Of a stretch of 64,000 nucleotides of DNA, positions 60,660 to 64,000 are shown piece by piece. Below the pieces are notes generated by a model. It was not told the origin of the DNA. It did no database searches and saw only the letters and a list, made by a program, of their open reading frames with translations. The position numbers were made by a program, and so were the translations under genes. Location of the stretch: positions 37,815-101,814 of the forward strand of contig JBCCHT010000044.1 of assembly GCA_039028615.1 (NCBI GenBank). The letters are read 5' to 3'. Source of the stretch: Myxococcota bacterium (GTDB taxonomy: Bacteria > Myxococcota_A > Polyangia > Nannocystales > Nannocystaceae). Numbering within the stretch: position 1 is the stretch's first letter; each line of letters starts with the position of its first letter.

Positions 60660-61730
60660 ATGCCCGCTCGCCGCAACCCCGTCGCGTCACGACGCGCCCG
60701 TTCCTCGCCATGGCCCATGGTGGGAGCGATGGTCGTCGCGTCGGTGGGTGTGCACCTGCTGATGTGGCCGCTGGGCAACCAGGTGCTCCAGCTCGGGTGG
60801 GACAGCCCGCCGCTGCCCGCCAACGGCGGCTGGATGGAGGTCTCGCTCATCGACCCCGAGCTCGACGAGGACGAAGCCGAGGCCCGTCGTCGCGAGATGA
60901 TCAAGCCTCCCGGCAAGCTCGTCCGCCAAAGCCGCGTCGTCGACGAGCGCCCGCCCGAAGACAGCGATCGCGTCTCCGAGTTCGATAGCCGCGTCGACAA
61001 CGAGACCGTCGCCCCCTCGCGCAAGCGAGCCCGCGAGTACGACCCCAGCCGCATGGGCAAGAAGGCCGGCATCTCTCAGCCCGCATCCTCCGAGTCTGCC
61101 GCCCGAGAGATTCCCGACCACGCCCTCCCGCTCGGCCGCCTCAACCCCGCCGAAGCCAACGAGATGGGCGAGCGTGCCGACCCCACCGACCTGGCCGACG
61201 ACAGCTACGGCCGCCAGAGCTCCCGTGTCGGCGGCACTGCACCCAAGCCTCGCGTCGGGCTCCGCACGGGCGTGCACGGCAATCGTCGGGCGATGCGAGA
61301 GACCTTTGGTGGCTCTGCCAGCTCCGATGGCCTGCAGGACGTCGAAGAGGGCACCGAGAGCCTGCTCAACAGCAACCGCTTTCGCTTCGCCTCGTTCTAC
61401 AACCGGGTGCGCTCGCAGAGTGAGCAGCACTGGCACCCGAACGAGGTCATGCACCGCATCGACCCCGACGGCTCTCGGTTTTCCGGGCGAACGCGTCGCA
61501 CCTTGCTGCGCGTGCGGCTGACGCCCGAGGGTAAGGTCTACAAGATCGACATCGTCAAAGGCAGCGGGGTGCGCGAGCTCGACAAAGAGGCCGTGTCCGC
61601 CGTGCAGCTCGGGGCACCGTTCGTGAACCCGCCCCCGCAGATGGTCGACCCGAAGACCGACCTCATCGAGATCATGTACATGTTCGAGCTGTACGAAGGG
61701 CGAGCATCGATCCACCGCTACGTCCGGTAG
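60660..61730 (+). CDS. TonB/TolA-family energy transducer-like protein
   Basis: TM with SxxxH (ASVGVHL); FASFYNRVR...W.P; GKV..I.IVKGSG..ELD.EA..AV....PF.NPP. Confidence 0.85.
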   Translation: MPARRNPVASRRARSSPWPMVGAMVVASVGVHLLMWPLGNQVLQLGWDSPPLPANGGWMEVSLIDPELDEDEAEARRREMIKPPGKLVRQSRVVDERPPEDSDRVSEFDSRVDNETVAPSRKRAREYDPSRMGKKAGISQPASSESAAREIPDHALPLGRLNPAEANEMGERADPTDLADDSYGRQSSRVGGTAPKPRVGLRTGVHGNRRAMRETFGGSASSDGLQDVEEGTESLLNSNRFRFASFYNRVRSQSEQHWHPNEVMHRIDPDGSRFSGRTRRTLLRVRLTPEGKVYKIDIVKGSGVRELDKEAVSAVQLGAPFVNPPPQMVDPKTDLIEIMYMFELYEGRASIHRYVR

Positions 61731-61800
61731 CGAGTCCGACCCCCGCTCGACGTTCGGAGAGTTGTCGTGTCGCGGCCTGCCACGACGAGATCGTCTTGGC

Positions 61801-61905
61801 TCATAAGTTGATTCAGTAGGATAAAAAGCGATTCGCATAGATATGAATATCGGATCCTGGAACAGGGACGATTGTTGGTGGTCGAGGGGCAAGTCGCTGG
61901 AAAAT
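61801..61905 (+). promoter_or_regulatory. AT-rich upstream region with palindrome (candidate enhancer-binding-protein site) and IHF-like sites
   Basis: GATAT-GA-ATATC palindrome at 61840-61851; tcataagttgatt (61801-61813) is one mismatch from WATCAA-N4-TTR on the minus strand. Confidence 0.4.
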
Positions 61906-61942
61906 AAGCGGAATTGAGGATCGTTGCGGTCGCTGTCGTTCG

Positions 61943-61960
61943 TTGGTCCGTGTCCTGCTT
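61943..61960 (+). promoter_or_regulatory. Putative sigma54 (-24/-12) promoter
   Basis: TTGGTCCGTGTCCTGCTT: GG 61945-46, N10, GC 61957-58; predicted +1 near 61970, just before the RNA 5' end. Confidence 0.6.
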
Positions 61961-61971
61961 CATCAGGGGGC

Positions 61972-62106
61972 ATCGGGTTGGCTCAACGGTAGAGCGCGCC
62001 ATTGAAAAACATCCCCGCTTCGATGTTCTCCCGCGAGGGTAGTGAGAGACGGGGTTACTTCATCTGGGATGGCGAGGCAGCAGGTTCGACTCCTGCACCC
62101 GAGACC
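61972..62106 (+). ncRNA. tRNA-shaped Y-RNA-like ncRNA with a 68-nt insert replacing the anticodon loop
   Basis: Acceptor tcgggt/acccga; D arm gctc-aacggta-gagc; anticodon stem cgcca/tggcg; 5-nt variable loop; T arm gcagg-ttcgact-cctgc; upstream of a Ro60/TROVE gene. Confidence 0.8.
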
Positions 62107-62193
62107 GAGCTCGCTCGAGGCAGTGAGGACCGCGGTTACTTCTTTCCGAAAAGCCAACACCGCGCCCATCGTTCTCCTCGAGCGAGCTCTTTT
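62107..62193 (+). ncRNA. Second, minimal Y-RNA-like hairpin RNA
   Basis: Perfect 14-bp stem gagctcgctcgagg/cctcgagcgagctc; same AGTGA/GTTCT bulged helix, GGTTACTTC and AAC motifs as the first RNA; followed by T4. Confidence 0.7.
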
Positions 62194-62234
62194 CTTCCTA
62201 CTCCCGCGCATCGCGGGTGAACGGACAGTGCATC

Positions 62235-63839
62235 ATGGCTCTCTTCCACCGAAGCAAGCGACGCAAGAACCGCTCCGCCAAGACCCACCTCAACTGGATG
62301 GGCGGCACCTCCTACGCGATCACCGATCCCGTCATGCGCCTGCGGATGGCCGCGGCGTCGTGCTTCTTCGGTGAGCCCATGTACTACCACCGTGACGGCG
62401 CCGACCGTCGCCGCGGCCGACGATGTCCCTCGTTCCCCCTGAGCGATGCCGACGTGACGCGTCTGCGGCTGACGCTGGGCGCGATGGATCCCCAGGACTG
62501 GCGTGGCTTGTCGCCCGCCGAGCTGCTCGAGCGCACCATCGACGAGGCGCTGGCCCACGATGCGGAGGCGACCCTTCGCGAGGCCGCTCGGCTGCGCAAC
62601 GAGTCGCTGATTCGCACGACGCCCCAGGTCATCTTGGTGCGCGCGGCCAACCACGCGGCGGTCAAGGGCACGGGCCTGGTGCGCCGACTGGCGCCCGAGA
62701 TCATCCGACGGGCCGACGAGCCCTCGGTCGGCCTGGCGTATCAGCTCCATCGCTTCGGTAAGCCCATCCCCAACTCGCTGAAGAAGGCGTGGCGCGACGC
62801 GCTGCATCGCTTCGACGACTACTCGCTGGCCAAGTACCGCATGCAGGCGCGGGCCGAGAAGACGGTGGACGTGGTCAACCTCGTGCACCCCCGCAGCACG
62901 GCGGTCGATCGACTCGCCAAGGGCACGCTGAATAACGGCGACCGGACCTGGGAGTCGATCATCTCGGCTCGCGGGAGCACCCGCGAGGCGTGGGCCGATG
63001 CGCTGAAGGTGATGGGCCACATGGCTCAGCTCCGCAACCTGCGGAACCTGATGCAGGCGGGCGTGCCCGCCAAGCATGTGGTGGGCTCGCTGGTGGCGGG
63101 CGCCCGCAAGGGCAAGCAGCTTCCCTTCCGCTACTACAGCGCGTACCGAGCGATCGGCGAGGATGCGCCCGTGGTGCTCCGCGACGCGGTGGAGGACTGC
63201 CTGATGGCCTCGTTGGACAACTTGCCCTTCTTCCGCGGTCGTACGATGGCGCTGTGTGACAACAGCGGCTCGGCTCAGGGCTCGACCACGTCGGCCATGG
63301 GGACCATGAAGGTCTCGACCATCGCCAACCTCACCGCCGTGCTCGCGGGTCTACGATCCGACGAGGGCCACGTGGGGGTCTTTGGTGACCGACTGAAGAC
63401 GCTGCCCGTGCGCAAGCGAAGCTCCGTGTTCGACATGCTCGACTCGGCGGAGCGGGCGGCCGGGGACATCGGCATGGCGACCGAGAACGGCATCTGGCTG
63501 TTCTGGGATCGGGCGATCCGCAAGCGTGAGCACTGGGACCAGGTGTTCGTGTTCTCCGACATGCAGGCCGGCCACGGCGGCTTGTATGGCACCGATCCCC
63601 GGGCGTACCGCGAGTACGCGTGGGAGGGCCGCTCGCAGTACATCGACGTGCCCAAGCTCATCGCCAAGTATCGTGCGGAGGTCAATCCCGCCGTTCGGGT
63701 GTTCCTGGTCCAGGTGGCGGGCTACGGCGATACGTTGATGCCCGAGCACTACCACCGCACGTACATCCTCGGCGGCTGGGGCCCCGGCCTGCTGGGCTAC
63801 GCCGCCGAGATGGCTGCCTTCGAGCAGCAGGTGGCGTGA
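62235..63839 (+). CDS. Ro60/Rsr-like TROVE-domain RNA-binding protein with vWA domain
   Basis: FFGEP.YY, A.RLRNE..IRTTP, IIRRADE, IPNSLKKAW..AL.RFD.Y.LAKY, TWE, MAQLRNLRN, QLPFRYYSAY, MIDAS-like DNSGS, FSDMQ. Confidence 0.92.
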   Translation: MALFHRSKRRKNRSAKTHLNWMGGTSYAITDPVMRLRMAAASCFFGEPMYYHRDGADRRRGRRCPSFPLSDADVTRLRLTLGAMDPQDWRGLSPAELLERTIDEALAHDAEATLREAARLRNESLIRTTPQVILVRAANHAAVKGTGLVRRLAPEIIRRADEPSVGLAYQLHRFGKPIPNSLKKAWRDALHRFDDYSLAKYRMQARAEKTVDVVNLVHPRSTAVDRLAKGTLNNGDRTWESIISARGSTREAWADALKVMGHMAQLRNLRNLMQAGVPAKHVVGSLVAGARKGKQLPFRYYSAYRAIGEDAPVVLRDAVEDCLMASLDNLPFFRGRTMALCDNSGSAQGSTTSAMGTMKVSTIANLTAVLAGLRSDEGHVGVFGDRLKTLPVRKRSSVFDMLDSAERAAGDIGMATENGIWLFWDRAIRKREHWDQVFVFSDMQAGHGGLYGTDPRAYREYAWEGRSQYIDVPKLIAKYRAEVNPAVRVFLVQVAGYGDTLMPEHYHRTYILGGWGPGLLGYAAEMAAFEQQVA

Positions 63840-64000
63840 ACGGGAGCGGCGGCTCGAAGTCGCGCCATCGTCGACGAGATGTCGTGGCGCGGCGCTCGTG
63901 CCGTCCGCGTAATCCACAACCGCCAGTTCATTTTGGAGCGGTTCCGGGTCAACGAAGCTCACCCCCTTCGCACCCAACTCCGTCATGGTTTCGTCGATAT

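Noticed and set aside
61972..62106. Ordinary tRNA gene, or tRNA with a group I intron
   Set aside because: The 68-nt insert is far too short for a group I intron, its motifs recur in the adjacent hairpin RNA, and the first base pair is mismatched
63850..64000. Minus-strand IDETMTELGAKGVSF fragment resembling a VOC/glyoxalase C-terminus
   Set aside because: Truncated by the window edge and runs antisense into the TROVE gene; too little to call

Overview
High-GC bacterial chromosome segment that looks myxobacterial (Nannocystaceae-like). This is inferred from Ser/Thr kinase-TPR proteins, lipoproteins with T/S/D/G-rich linkers, CGDG Cys-rich repeats, and fibro-slime and RCC1 proteins. No CRISPR array, rRNA, transposase or integrase was seen. 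1-24.5 kb: a TsnR/NshR-like thiopeptide-resistance rRNA methyltransferase, an FG-GAP protein, and a maf-yggS-(2Fe-2S/BFD/FAD oxidase)-D-threonine-aldolase-like operon whose last gene is fused in frame to a lipoprotein-like module; also ankyrin, kinase, sulfotransferase and tandem kappa-GST/DsbA genes. 24.5-37.7 kb: an accessory island of secreted Cys-rich proteins (two M23 peptidases, a matrixin, fibro-slime, RCC1) with two ECF sigma factors; two, possibly three, of these proteins share an unrecognised C-terminal domain. 37.8-61.7 kb: housekeeping genes (recD2, yebC, ruvC, ruvA, mutL, miaA, accA, FHA-GGDEF, transpeptidase, TonB-like) with several apparent pseudoenzymes. The best candidate for a new system is at 61.8-63.8 kb. 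A sigma54-type promoter precedes a tRNA-shaped RNA whose anticodon loop is replaced by a 68-nt insert carrying a bulged helix. A second free RNA with the same bulged helix follows, then a Ro60/TROVE gene. This reads as a Y-RNA pair, one member with tRNA-like rather than YrlA-like connectivity. All calls come from reading the sequence and recalled family motifs; no searches were run.
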